Assembly: GCA_015478575.1 (NCBI GenBank)
Contig: JADMIN010000001.1
Span: 1 to 63,167 of the forward strand
Length of the DNA stretch: 63,167 bases
Source of the DNA: Ktedonobacterales bacterium
GTDB lineage: Bacteria; Chloroflexota; Ktedonobacteria; Ktedonobacterales; JADMIN01
Reading direction: 5' to 3'
Shown one piece after another: positions 42,690-51,478 of the stretch; position 1 is the stretch's first letter, and every line of letters begins with the position of its first letter. The notes under the pieces are model-generated. The model was given only the letters and a program-made list of their open reading frames with translations. It did not search any database and was not told the DNA's origin. The position numbers and the translations under genes were made by a program.

Positions 42690-43412
42690 TCAAGGGTACA
42701 ATTGGACGTCGGTATCAGCCGGACCGAGATAGACCCAGGAGTGGATACACCCCGCGTGCGCGGGAAAGTCGATAGAGGGGGCGTCATCGAGGGGCCACAC
42801 CATCCCGGCGTACTCGAAGCAGAAGTCGCTGCTGGAGGAGGGCGGCATCACCGCCACCAACTGCTGCGATGGGTCAATGGGATTGCCGTCGCTGTCGGTG
42901 AGCGTGCCGTCCTGGGCGTCGCTACCGGCGTCCGTGGTGCCGTCCGCACGGGCTTGCGCCGTCTCGTGCCGCGCGATCTGCTCCGCCTTCCAGGTCGCCC
43001 GCCCGTTCGTCCAGCCGGAGAGGTCGGACGCCAGCGCGTGCGATGCGCCGTCGAGGCTGCCCGCGTGCGCCTCGTTCGTGAGCCATTGCCGCACGAAGCT
43101 CGTCACCTGCCGCGTCAGGTCGCGCGCGTAGGTGGCGCTCACGGCGGCCGCGGCGGCCGCGGCCGCGTCCCGTTGCGTACGCAGCGCGTCGTCGGCTGGC
43201 TCCCACGCCCCCGCCAGCACCGCCCCCATGGCCCGCGCCGCACCCCGATACGCGGCAGTGTAGGCGTTGACGCGGGCGGCGTAGATGGCGAGCGCCAGGG
43301 CCTTCCGCTGGGTCTTGGTCAGCATGTAGGCGGCGACGATGGTGGCGATCAGGCGCCTGGCACTGGTGGTGCCGTCGGTGCTTCCCACGCGTGTTGGTGC
43401 TGTCGCTGCCAT
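42690..43412 (-). CDS. minor head protein (Mu F / SPP1 gp7-like)
   Basis: 240 aa. GGTGGAG lies before the ATG. Sits after the portal. WKAEQIARHETAQA-type motif. Confidence 0.7.
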   Translation of the reverse strand: MAATAPTRVGSTDGTTSARRLIATIVAAYMLTKTQRKALALAIYAARVNAYTAAYRGAARAMGAVLAGAWEPADDALRTQRDAAAAAAAAVSATYARDLTRQVTSFVRQWLTNEAHAGSLDGASHALASDLSGWTNGRATWKAEQIARHETAQARADGTTDAGSDAQDGTLTDSDGNPIDPSQQLVAVMPPSSSSDFCFEYAGMVWPLDDAPSIDFPAHAGCIHSWVYLGPADTDVQLYP

Positions 43413-43723
43413 GCCGCTCCACCTGCGTCCGCATTGCCTGGCATCAAGTGCTGGATGAGCAGCGCCACCGCCAGGTCGGCCTCGTCGCCACCCATGAGTT
43501 TGACGGTCTCCACCACTTCGGGATGTTTCGCGATGTAGGCGCGCACCTGGTCATTGGCCCGCAAGAACTCCGCGCCGCTAAACGGCAGGGGTGGCGGCGC
43601 GGTCGGCGGACCCGACTTGACGCCACCGCGGGGGGCTGCGCGTTGCTTCTGGTGGCTCCGGCGCGGCGTGCCAGGCGGGCTAGGCGGGCTAGGCGGGCTA
43701 GGCGGGCTAGGCGTGCGCGGCAT
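43349..43723 (-). CDS. hypothetical small protein
   Basis: 124 aa. The N-terminal PSPP repeats come from a 9-bp array. The central part looks genuine (FLRANDQVRAYIAKHPEVVETVKLMGG). Overlaps both neighbours. Confidence 0.4.
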   Translation of the reverse strand: MPRTPSPPSPPSPPSPPGTPRRSHQKQRAAPRGGVKSGPPTAPPPLPFSGAEFLRANDQVRAYIAKHPEVVETVKLMGGDEADLAVALLIQHLMPGNADAGGAAWQRQHQHAWEAPTAPPVPGA

Positions 43724-46175
43724 AGTGGTATCCCTCTCTGGCGGCTTCGTCGAAGATGGCGCGGGCGCGCAGCGAGAGGCTGTCGCTGGCGTGTGCCACC
43801 GCCGTCGTCGCTGGCGCCGTCATGTACCGCTGCGTTTCCACGTCGGTCACTCCGCGCAGCGGCTTGGGCTTCGGCTGCTGGTCGTCGGCAGCGCGGTGCG
43901 GCCTGACCGGCACACGCTCCCGCGCCCTGGCGCGAGCGAATGTCGCCTTCACCTCGTCCACGCTTCCTGCCGCGCAGTGGGCGAGGTCACTTGCCAGGAG
44001 CGCGTAGTCCTCTGCTGGAATGAGGGTGCTGACGAAGCGCACGGAGCCGGGGCGCTTCCCGCTCTTGGCGGCTCGTGTTGCCACCGTGTACCAGCGGCGG
44101 TACTCGTCCTTCACGCGCTCCGGCGCTGGCTCCTGGGCTTTGCACGCGCACTCTGGCGGGCACTGGCACGTCTCAGGGCACGGCTCGCCAGCGGCGTGGC
44201 AGCAGTCGCCGGTCAGGCCGGCGGTACTCTCGCCGGCGGCCCGTTGCTGTGTCACGGGAGACGCTTTCGTCGCGGGCGACTGCGGGCGCTGTTTGGGCGG
44301 CGGGTTCTCTTCGCCCCCGCTCGTGTCGCCCCCGCTCGTGTCGCCCCCGCTCGTGTCGCCCCCGCCAGTGCCAGGGGCCGGGGGTGGGGGTGGTGCGCCG
44401 CCGCCGGGAGTGCCGCCGCCGGAAGTGCCGCCGCCGGGAGTGCCGCCGCCGGGAGTGCCGCCGCCGGGAATGCCGGCGGCGAACTGCAAGCCCGCACGTT
44501 GGGCGTCCAGTTGCGCCTTGCGCAGCTCGAGCGCATCTTCCAGCCAGACCGGGCCGTCCTTGGTCACCACCATTGGTGGCACTTCCAGGTCCACAGCCCA
44601 GCCCATCATGCGGGCCATGCGTGAGGGCGAGAGCGAGCCGTTCTTCACGCCAATGTCGAGCGTTTGCGCCTTGATGAGCTGATCTTCCTCCTCCTCGTAG
44701 CCCACGAAGGTCACGACGAGGCGCGGGTCGAACTCCTGCTGGATGATGGCGGTCAGCAGCTTGGCGTGGCGCGAGACGAGCGGCTTGACCGTGCGGCGGT
44801 AGACGACGCTCTGCTGCGACTGCCCGACGCTCTTGTTGCTGGTGTCGGTCATGCCGAGTTCGTCCATCGTCAGGCCGAACGCGGCGACGCTGGTGTTGAG
44901 CAGGAAGCGGTCGAACTCGATCAGCGGGTCATTGTTCTGGCCGAAGTTGGACGCCTGAAACGCCTGCCCCGGCATCAGAAACTTGGTGCGGACGCGCAGT
45001 TTGCTATTGCCCGCCAGCAGGCCGTTCCACGCCTGCTCCATCGCCTCGATCTGCTGGACGGTGAGTGGACTATCGGCGGGCGTCGTGATGAAGCCCTGCG
45101 GCATCGCGCCATCGGTGTAGCGGGCGAGGTCCAGTGCCTGCTTCTGCAAGGCGGCGTTGACGTTGATGATGATGTCTTCGACCCGCGACGTGGCGTACAC
45201 GCTGTCGGTGCGGCCACTCTCGCGTATCCACTCCACCTCGTCGTTGGAGAGGTAGTAGGCGGGCACGCCGTAGAGGTACTGCTCGTAGGCGGGATAGGGC
45301 GGCAGTGGCATGCGCCCGCGCTCGTCCATCAATGGCTTGACGGTGGCGGCGTCCACCCAATCGAGCGCGATGATGCGCCCGGCGCGGTTGCGCCGCTTGT
45401 AGATGAACGCGTGGCCGAGTTCGAGCACGTCGCGCACGCTGGCGGTGAGCCACGTCGTGAAGTCGGTCACCCCGTCGGGCTTGGTGAGGAAGGCTTCGGC
45501 GGGCGCGGCGATGGCGCGCCACTTGGGGTCCCCCTCGCTCTCGCCGTCCGGTATCACGTTCTCCTTGAACGTGACTTTGAGGTCGAGGCCCGCGATCACG
45601 TCGAAGTACGCCCGCTCGCAGAGGCGAATGCCGTAGTAGGCGAAGGCGAGGCCGCGCAACTGTGCGAAGCTGGTCATCTCCGTCGTGCGCGGCTGCGGTG
45701 TGATGTTGTAGCCGATGGGGTATTCGAACTGGCGCGGGCCGTCTACTGGCGGCAGGTTGGGCGTGACCGGCAGCGGCGCTCCTGGCGCGTACATGGGCAC
45801 CGGTGCCGCCTGTGGCGCCTGATTGACCTGCATCTGCTGGTCGAATGCGCCCGCGTTGAGCACGCTGGCAGGCGCGTCGGGCGGCGCGCTACTCATGTTG
45901 GGCGACTGGTCAGGACGCTGTGGCCCTGGCCCTTGTCGTTGCCCCCCCACGGGGAGCCGCCGCCCCGCGTTGTTCTGGCGTGCCGCCTGCTGCTGGATAC
46001 GAGCGGCGTGTGCGGCCTGCTGGGTGCTGTGCGTCAGCCGCTCCGGTAGCGGATAAGAGCGTGCCGCCTGTTGCGGCAGGATGCGCCGCGAGAGCGTGTC
46101 CAGTGTGCCCGCCACGGCGTGTCGCCACGTCCGGCGCGAGAAGTTCTGTTCTGGCGACGGCAGGGGGGAGGCCAT
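43707..46175 (-). CDS. portal protein with a long C-terminal extension
   Basis: 822 aa directly after TerL. AGGAG lies 9 nt before the ATG. GGTPGGGTP and GGDTSGGDTS repeats and a Cys-rich patch in the tail. Confidence 0.9.
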   Translation of the reverse strand: MASPLPSPEQNFSRRTWRHAVAGTLDTLSRRILPQQAARSYPLPERLTHSTQQAAHAARIQQQAARQNNAGRRLPVGGQRQGPGPQRPDQSPNMSSAPPDAPASVLNAGAFDQQMQVNQAPQAAPVPMYAPGAPLPVTPNLPPVDGPRQFEYPIGYNITPQPRTTEMTSFAQLRGLAFAYYGIRLCERAYFDVIAGLDLKVTFKENVIPDGESEGDPKWRAIAAPAEAFLTKPDGVTDFTTWLTASVRDVLELGHAFIYKRRNRAGRIIALDWVDAATVKPLMDERGRMPLPPYPAYEQYLYGVPAYYLSNDEVEWIRESGRTDSVYATSRVEDIIINVNAALQKQALDLARYTDGAMPQGFITTPADSPLTVQQIEAMEQAWNGLLAGNSKLRVRTKFLMPGQAFQASNFGQNNDPLIEFDRFLLNTSVAAFGLTMDELGMTDTSNKSVGQSQQSVVYRRTVKPLVSRHAKLLTAIIQQEFDPRLVVTFVGYEEEEDQLIKAQTLDIGVKNGSLSPSRMARMMGWAVDLEVPPMVVTKDGPVWLEDALELRKAQLDAQRAGLQFAAGIPGGGTPGGGTPGGGTSGGGTPGGGAPPPPPAPGTGGGDTSGGDTSGGDTSGGEENPPPKQRPQSPATKASPVTQQRAAGESTAGLTGDCCHAAGEPCPETCQCPPECACKAQEPAPERVKDEYRRWYTVATRAAKSGKRPGSVRFVSTLIPAEDYALLASDLAHCAAGSVDEVKATFARARARERVPVRPHRAADDQQPKPKPLRGVTDVETQRYMTAPATTAVAHASDSLSLRARAIFDEAAREGYHYAAHA

Positions 46176-46196
46176 GTGCTCACGCTCCTGGGCGAC

Positions 46197-47669
46197 TTAG
46201 AAGGGCCATTGAAAGTCAGAGGCGGCGGGCGGCTGCTGCTGTTGTGGCTGTGGCTGCTGTGGCTGCTGTGCTGGTTGTCCAGCAGCCGTTTCGGGGTGTG
46301 CGGGACTAGCGGTGTTCGTGCGTTCCACCTGCACGCCGCGCTCGGCCATGAGCTGCTGGCGCATCGCTACGCGCTGCCGCATCTCGGCGGCGAGGTCACG
46401 GGTACGGGCCAACTCGGTATGCAGGGCGTAGCGGGTCGCATCCATGGCGTGGTCGTTTTGCTTGAGCGGCTTCTCGTCGGGGTTACGTTCTTGCCCCTCG
46501 GTCGTGGCGTATTGATAGCTGCCGTACTCGGCAATCGTGTGGACACAGGCGGGTGCGACGTACAACCCGCGTGTGCCGTCCGCTCGCGGCGCCAGGAGCC
46601 GTGAGACGGTCTGTATCCCGGCTTTGATGCTGTTGTCGGCGGCACGCACTCTCGCGCTCAGCTTCGCGTCGGCCAGCGCCCTGTTGGCTTCCTCGATGTG
46701 TTCTGGTTCGTCGGGTCCGGCGTACCACGTCTGTACGCTGTACTTGCGCGTCATTGCAACCAGTGTCGGCAGCACCGTCTCATGCAGCGGCACGCGGCGC
46801 TCGTAGAACTCATCGAGTTGCCACGCCCGCCCATCGCCGTCCAGACCGAAGGGAAGGAGCACGGACGGGTTGGTGAAGCCCCAGTCAATGCCGCCGATCA
46901 CGCGAGCGAACGACTTGCCTACGGGCGGCGCTTGCACGTGCGTGTCAGGTGCGGTCGGCTCACTCTCGAAGCGATAGACCAAGCCCTCAAACGCCGTAAA
47001 CAGCCCGAGCACTTCCTGGTCATAGAACGCGCCCTCGTAGCCCAGGCTGTCTACGTAGCCTTCGGGGAGGTTGACAGCGTTTTCGAGCGTGGAGGCGCGG
47101 AACAATTGATGATGGGGCTGCAAGTGGCCCTCGAAGTCGCGCCAGAAGCCGTCCCTGCCGTGGGGCGTGCCCGTGGCCCATGCGATGGGCGTCTGTCCCT
47201 GTTGGCGCAAGCGGCCTTTGAGCACCTGCCACGCATAGTAGCCGCAGAGCGGGGCTTCATCCAGCCAATACCAGGCGAGGTTGAGGCCGCGCACGCGGTC
47301 CGGCTCGTCCAGCGAGCGAAACAGGATTTCGGCCCCGTTGGCGAGCGTCAGGTGCTGCTCGCTGCGATTGTACGAGCGATACGCCTCACGCGGCAGCAGG
47401 GAGAAGAAGCTGCGGGCGGTAGTGTCGCGCAGCATGGGGTAGGTGGGAGCGCCGATGAGGCCAAGGCTGCCGGGCATCGTCAGCGCCCGAATGATGGAGC
47501 GCACACTGCCCGCGTAGGTTTTGCCCGCACCAATCCCGCCGACGTAGAAACTGTACGGAGCCGTGCTATCCACGAACGCCCGTTGCTTGGGCCGCAGCAC
47601 GAAATGCAGATCAAGCGCGCCGCTTGTCAGTGTGCTGCCGCGCGGCTTAGAGGCTGAACGGGCTGCCAT
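46197..47669 (-). CDS. terminase large subunit
   Basis: Walker A FYVGGIGAGKTYAG, Walker B WYWLDEA, C-terminal nuclease-like region. Confidence 0.95.
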   Translation of the reverse strand: MAARSASKPRGSTLTSGALDLHFVLRPKQRAFVDSTAPYSFYVGGIGAGKTYAGSVRSIIRALTMPGSLGLIGAPTYPMLRDTTARSFFSLLPREAYRSYNRSEQHLTLANGAEILFRSLDEPDRVRGLNLAWYWLDEAPLCGYYAWQVLKGRLRQQGQTPIAWATGTPHGRDGFWRDFEGHLQPHHQLFRASTLENAVNLPEGYVDSLGYEGAFYDQEVLGLFTAFEGLVYRFESEPTAPDTHVQAPPVGKSFARVIGGIDWGFTNPSVLLPFGLDGDGRAWQLDEFYERRVPLHETVLPTLVAMTRKYSVQTWYAGPDEPEHIEEANRALADAKLSARVRAADNSIKAGIQTVSRLLAPRADGTRGLYVAPACVHTIAEYGSYQYATTEGQERNPDEKPLKQNDHAMDATRYALHTELARTRDLAAEMRQRVAMRQQLMAERGVQVERTNTASPAHPETAAGQPAQQPQQPQPQQQQPPAASDFQWPF

Positions 47670-48186
47670 GCGGTGCTGTCCCTACTTCGCGGTTGTCGGT
47701 TTCGATGATGATGCGAATGGTTGAAGCCCCCTCACCCTCTCGCGACCGCTCGCGGAACTCTGGCAATCGCGCCGTGGCGAGTTTGGCAAGCAGGGACGAG
47801 TCATACTTGTGCTGCATCAGTGGTTTGCCGCCGACGTACACGACCTTGCCCATACTCACCACTGGCTCATCCCATCCCCGGATGGCATGCTCGTGAATGG
47901 CGGCGCGTATCACGTCGCACGCTTCCGCTTCCGCCTGCTTGTACCGTAGGCTGAATGCCTCATCATGCTCCTGCCATGCGTACATCGTCTGCCGCGAGAC
48001 ACCGGCCCGCTTACACGCGGCGGTGACGTTGGCAGAGGCGGCGAAGGCGTCCAGGAATGCGGCCTGCGCTCGTTCACGCTCAGCCTTGCGCAACTTCACA
48101 CCGCTAGGACGCTTGCGTGGCGCTGCCTCGCGCATTGTGTGCGTAAGCGCGTCAGGGTCGTCAGGCTGTGTTCTACGCTGTGGCAT
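47647..48186 (-). CDS. terminase small subunit (HTH type)
   Basis: 179 aa immediately upstream of TerL, overlapping it by 23 nt. ANVTAACKRAGVSRQTMYAW HTH. Confidence 0.7.
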   Translation of the reverse strand: MPQRRTQPDDPDALTHTMREAAPRKRPSGVKLRKAERERAQAAFLDAFAASANVTAACKRAGVSRQTMYAWQEHDEAFSLRYKQAEAEACDVIRAAIHEHAIRGWDEPVVSMGKVVYVGGKPLMQHKYDSSLLAKLATARLPEFRERSREGEGASTIRIIIETDNREVGTAPHGSPFSL

Positions 48187-48898
48187 GCTCAGGCTCGCTT
48201 ATCCGTTGCAGCAGTGTGGCCTCGCGTCCGGTTTCCGCTTCGTAGCGCCGCAGGATGACATCACAATAGCGCGGGTCTATCTCGACTGCACGGCACGTTC
48301 TGCCGAGCCGCTCTGCGGCAATCAGTGTCGTCCCACTGCCTGCAAACGGCTCATACACCACGTCGCCGTCATGGCTACTATTCGCCAACATCGCCGCGAC
48401 AAGCGCGATAGGCTTCATGGTTGGATGATCTTCGCTTCGCCTAGGACGCGGCACTTCGAAGACACTATCCAGTGTGCGGTCATCAGTGAAGTAATGCGCT
48501 CCGTTTTGGAGCCAGCCGTAGAGGATGGGTTCGTGGCGATAGTGATAGTCTGAGCGCCCGAAAACAAACACGTCTTTCACCCACACGAGGCCAGCCCGAT
48601 ACTGGAAGCCGCTATCATTCATGGCATCAATGAAGCGCCTATGTAGCGGCGCCGCCGGGGCCGCTACATAGGCGCTTGCCCCTACAGTACTGTAGTGGGC
48701 TGCCAACGTAAGCGCATTCGTCAACATCTGCTGAACCATCGGCTCCGGCAGCGTGTCGTTTGCCACCTCTTTGCCGTCTGTGCGGCGATGCAGCCGCTTG
48801 GCTTCCTCGACTGAGAGATTGGATTGATATGCGACGCCATATGGCGGGTCAGTCCAGATGCACTGAAACGCCTTCGCCCCATCCATCAGCCGCGCCAC
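48173..48898 (-). CDS. beta-class N6A/N4C DNA methyltransferase domain (C-terminal part of a split ParB-methylase)
   Basis: TDPPYGVAY (motif IV) lies before VYEPFAGSGTT (motif I). The frame stays open upstream and encodes GDLWQLGEHRLLCGDST before the first start codon. Confidence 0.85.
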   Translation of the reverse strand: MARLMDGAKAFQCIWTDPPYGVAYQSNLSVEEAKRLHRRTDGKEVANDTLPEPMVQQMLTNALTLAAHYSTVGASAYVAAPAAPLHRRFIDAMNDSGFQYRAGLVWVKDVFVFGRSDYHYRHEPILYGWLQNGAHYFTDDRTLDSVFEVPRPRRSEDHPTMKPIALVAAMLANSSHDGDVVYEPFAGSGTTLIAAERLGRTCRAVEIDPRYCDVILRRYEAETGREATLLQRISEPEHATA

Positions 48899-48942
48899 GT
48901 CCTCGCGCTTCGTGCTATCGCCGCACAGTAGCCGATGCTCGC

Positions 48943-49380
48943 CTAGCTGCCACAGGTCGCCGCTCTGGCAGCGCGTGGGGCCGCTCTCGTCCGGTGTTGT
49001 GTCGAAGTCATCGCCGCCGCCGCATCCTGGTCCGTGCCCGCCAGCCGTGCCAGCGGGTCGAACGTCGCGAGCAGCGCGTCCGCTTCCTCTGCCGTCAGGT
49101 CCGTCACCAGCACCGGCAGCGGCGTGTCGCCTAGCTCCTCGGCCCGCAGGTGGCCGTCAATCAGCATCAGGCGGCCATCCGGTAGCCGGCGCACTAACTC
49201 CGCGCCGGCGAAGCCCACGCGGTCAAGCGTGTCATGCAGGTAGCGGCGTTGCGCATCATTGTGGAGCCGCCAGTTCTTCGGATTGGGCACCAGCTCTGAG
49301 GCCGGCACGCGGCGGAAGTCCACCACGCGATCACGGATGGCTGGCATGTCCGGTTGCATGTGTTGGTTACGCTTTGCCAT
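48943..49380 (-). CDS. ParB-like N-terminal domain (N-terminal part of a split ParB-methylase)
   Basis: ELVPNPKNWRLH..LIDGHLR. The sensible sequence ends at DQDAAAA, then a junk tail runs to the stop. Confidence 0.75.
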   Translation of the reverse strand: MAKRNQHMQPDMPAIRDRVVDFRRVPASELVPNPKNWRLHNDAQRRYLHDTLDRVGFAGAELVRRLPDGRLMLIDGHLRAEELGDTPLPVLVTDLTAEEADALLATFDPLARLAGTDQDAAAAMTSTQHRTRAAPRAARAATCGS

Positions 49381-49678
49381 GCTCGGTGCTTTCTACCGGC
49401 ACGTCTGCCGCTATCGCCGCGTCCAGCGCCGCCAATTCGCGCTGTGCCTGGTCCGCTTTCGCCGCCGCGCGCTGCATCTGGGCCGGTGTCGGGCGCGTCA
49501 CCCGCAGCCGGCGCGTCGTGACGGGCGCGGTACGGCTGGCGTACCATTCAGGCGCGGCGACGATCTGCGCATGGCGCGGGTCCAGCGGTGCGCCGGTCAG
49601 CAGGTCACGCGGGATTGCGCGTCGCGGGCGAGCTGGACGCGCCAGTTGTGTGCTGGATGGGGATATGGAAGTCGTCAT
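49367..49678 (-). CDS. hypothetical protein
   Basis: Internal ATG (MTTSISPSS) of ORF 49367..49945. The 3' end overlaps the ParB start by 14 nt. Confidence 0.4.
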   Translation of the reverse strand: MTTSISPSSTQLARPARPRRAIPRDLLTGAPLDPRHAQIVAAPEWYASRTAPVTTRRLRVTRPTPAQMQRAAAKADQAQRELAALDAAIAADVPVESTEHGKA

Positions 49679-50022
49679 GGAATGAATGTTCTCAGTGCGG
49701 GGAGAGATGGAGAGGGGTGAGCGTGTCTCGGCGTTGCTGGCGCAGCCGTCCGAGAAACCTGGGCCGTTAGCGCCATCATACCCAGGACTTTCGCGCTCAC
49801 TCGTTCGTGGGAAGGAAACACGGAAGCCGCCACCATTGGCGGTGACGGCCCGTGCGCTCGCGAGCAGCCCTGTTTTCGGGCTAAAAGTCTGTACACAATG
49901 TGTTTTAGGGTATAGGGGTCTATCGTCTGACACGTGCCGGACCACTCAGCAGGTGAGCTTCCGGCGGGTTGCCGCCCGGATGGATGCTATGCGATTGTGT
50001 GTATGGTGCCTGCGCTGCGTTG

Positions 50023-50724
50023 TTAGCCTGCCACCTCGCCTGTCACCATAGGTCCGCCGGTACGGTCCAGCACGCCCGGCGCGTGCCACACCTCAATCTC
50101 CGGCCCGATGCGACCACCGAGGCCGTACATGTGCCGCACGAACCGCGCGATGCGCCGCTCGGTGCGTGACACCCACACGGCGCTGTGCCCGTACTCCGTC
50201 GCCACCGCCGTCATGTCGCGTCCGTCGCGCCGCACGGCCAGAATGGCCGCGATAGCTTGCCGGTCACGCATGCCGGGGAACGCCCGCAGCACGCCGCGAT
50301 GCACGTAGTCCACGCGCCACCACTCCCAGCAGGTGAGCCGTTCGGCCCGCACACTGTTGGGCACCACTGGCGCGATGTACTCCACGAACGCCGGGGACCA
50401 CGCCAGCCCACCGGCATACTTGCCGAGCCGCGCCGCGTGTGAGCCGTTCGCACGGTCCATCCGCGAGAAGCCGCTGTGGATGCTGAGCGGGATTGGCTTG
50501 CGCTGCGTCTGATCGCGTCGCGCATCCCAGTCTCGCACCGGCACCGTCGGCACGCTGCCATCGCTGACGAGATACGTCCCGAACAGCGGGTCCGTGTTCG
50601 CGCTCGTCTTGCGGACGGCAGGCGGTGTGCGCTCCGTCGAGGCGTGGTCGCTGGTGACGCGGGCCGTTTGACTGCCACTATGGGCCGTCTGCCGCCGCTG
50701 TGACCGCCTGGCTCGTTTCCCCAC
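50023..50724 (-). CDS. sigma-70 region-4-like HTH regulator
   Basis: The C-terminus RDRQAIAAILAVRRDGRDMTAVATEYGHSAVWVSRTERRIARFVRHM is r4/LuxR-like. Start is uncertain: GTG 50724 after GGAG, or ATG 50847. ORF-track start 51243 rejected. Confidence 0.5.
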   Translation of the reverse strand: MGKRARRSQRRQTAHSGSQTARVTSDHASTERTPPAVRKTSANTDPLFGTYLVSDGSVPTVPVRDWDARRDQTQRKPIPLSIHSGFSRMDRANGSHAARLGKYAGGLAWSPAFVEYIAPVVPNSVRAERLTCWEWWRVDYVHRGVLRAFPGMRDRQAIAAILAVRRDGRDMTAVATEYGHSAVWVSRTERRIARFVRHMYGLGGRIGPEIEVWHAPGVLDRTGGPMVTGEVAG

Positions 50725-50798
50725 GTTCGCTCCGCGTGTGCTCGTTCTTCCGTCGCCGGGTGTCGCTCGCACGCACGCGCACTTCGCGTTCACTCCCC

Positions 50799-50828
50799 AG
50801 TGTACCTGAGCCGTTTTGTTTTTGTCAA
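50799..50828 (-). promoter_or_regulatory. sigma-70-like promoter
   Basis: Minus strand: TTGACA (complement of 50823-50828), 18-nt spacer, TACACT (complement of 50799-50804). Confidence 0.5.
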
Positions 50829-50863
50829 GTGCCTGTGACAACGTCATAACGATTAGGGCGCGA

Positions 50864-51478
50864 TTAGGACGCGGTTTCGCCAAACAGGAATGGTTGCGCG
50901 GGAAACTCCCCCTCCTGATTGCTGAAGGCGGTGTCCCAACCGGGCCACTGCTGGCGTGCGAACAGTTCCAGATAGGGACCATCGAATAGCCGCATGATGC
51001 GCCCGTACTGCTCGTCCGGCTTCCGGCTGTGCTGACGCTTGGGTGTCTCGATGATTTGCGGCACGTCACGAGCTTGGCGTTTGACACCGTTGCCACGGGT
51101 GCCGAGTAGACACACCTCCGCGTTGCCGCGTGTGTAATGTCCCAGGCCAGTGTAGTAGTTGCCCGTCGTCCGGTTCGTCTTGACCCAGGTAAACGCCACC
51201 GTTTTGTACGTGAACCCCCAGGCATCAAGGACCGCCAACCCATCAGGCAGGCACGGCATTGTCACCCACAGGAATAGCGCGCTATCACGAGCCGCGAAGG
51301 TGCTGACTGGCAACCGTGTGATCTGCTCAAGGCTCATGGTGGAATAGTGCGCAGCGGCGACGCGCTTCCCATCAAGGCGGCTACCATCACGCTTCATCAA
51401 TGGCTTAGGCGTACTCCACACCCGATAACTCCACGGCGGGTTCGCCAGAATAACCCGGTACTGCTGCCCTTCCATCAT
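50864..51478 (-). CDS. MT-A70 family N6-adenine DNA methyltransferase
   Basis: ILANPPWSY (DPPW variant). FLWVT..GFTYKT..WVK..GHYTRGNAE..HSRKP pattern. ATGA coupling to the sigma gene. Confidence 0.9.
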   Translation of the reverse strand: MMEGQQYRVILANPPWSYRVWSTPKPLMKRDGSRLDGKRVAAAHYSTMSLEQITRLPVSTFAARDSALFLWVTMPCLPDGLAVLDAWGFTYKTVAFTWVKTNRTTGNYYTGLGHYTRGNAEVCLLGTRGNGVKRQARDVPQIIETPKRQHSRKPDEQYGRIMRLFDGPYLELFARQQWPGWDTAFSNQEGEFPAQPFLFGETAS

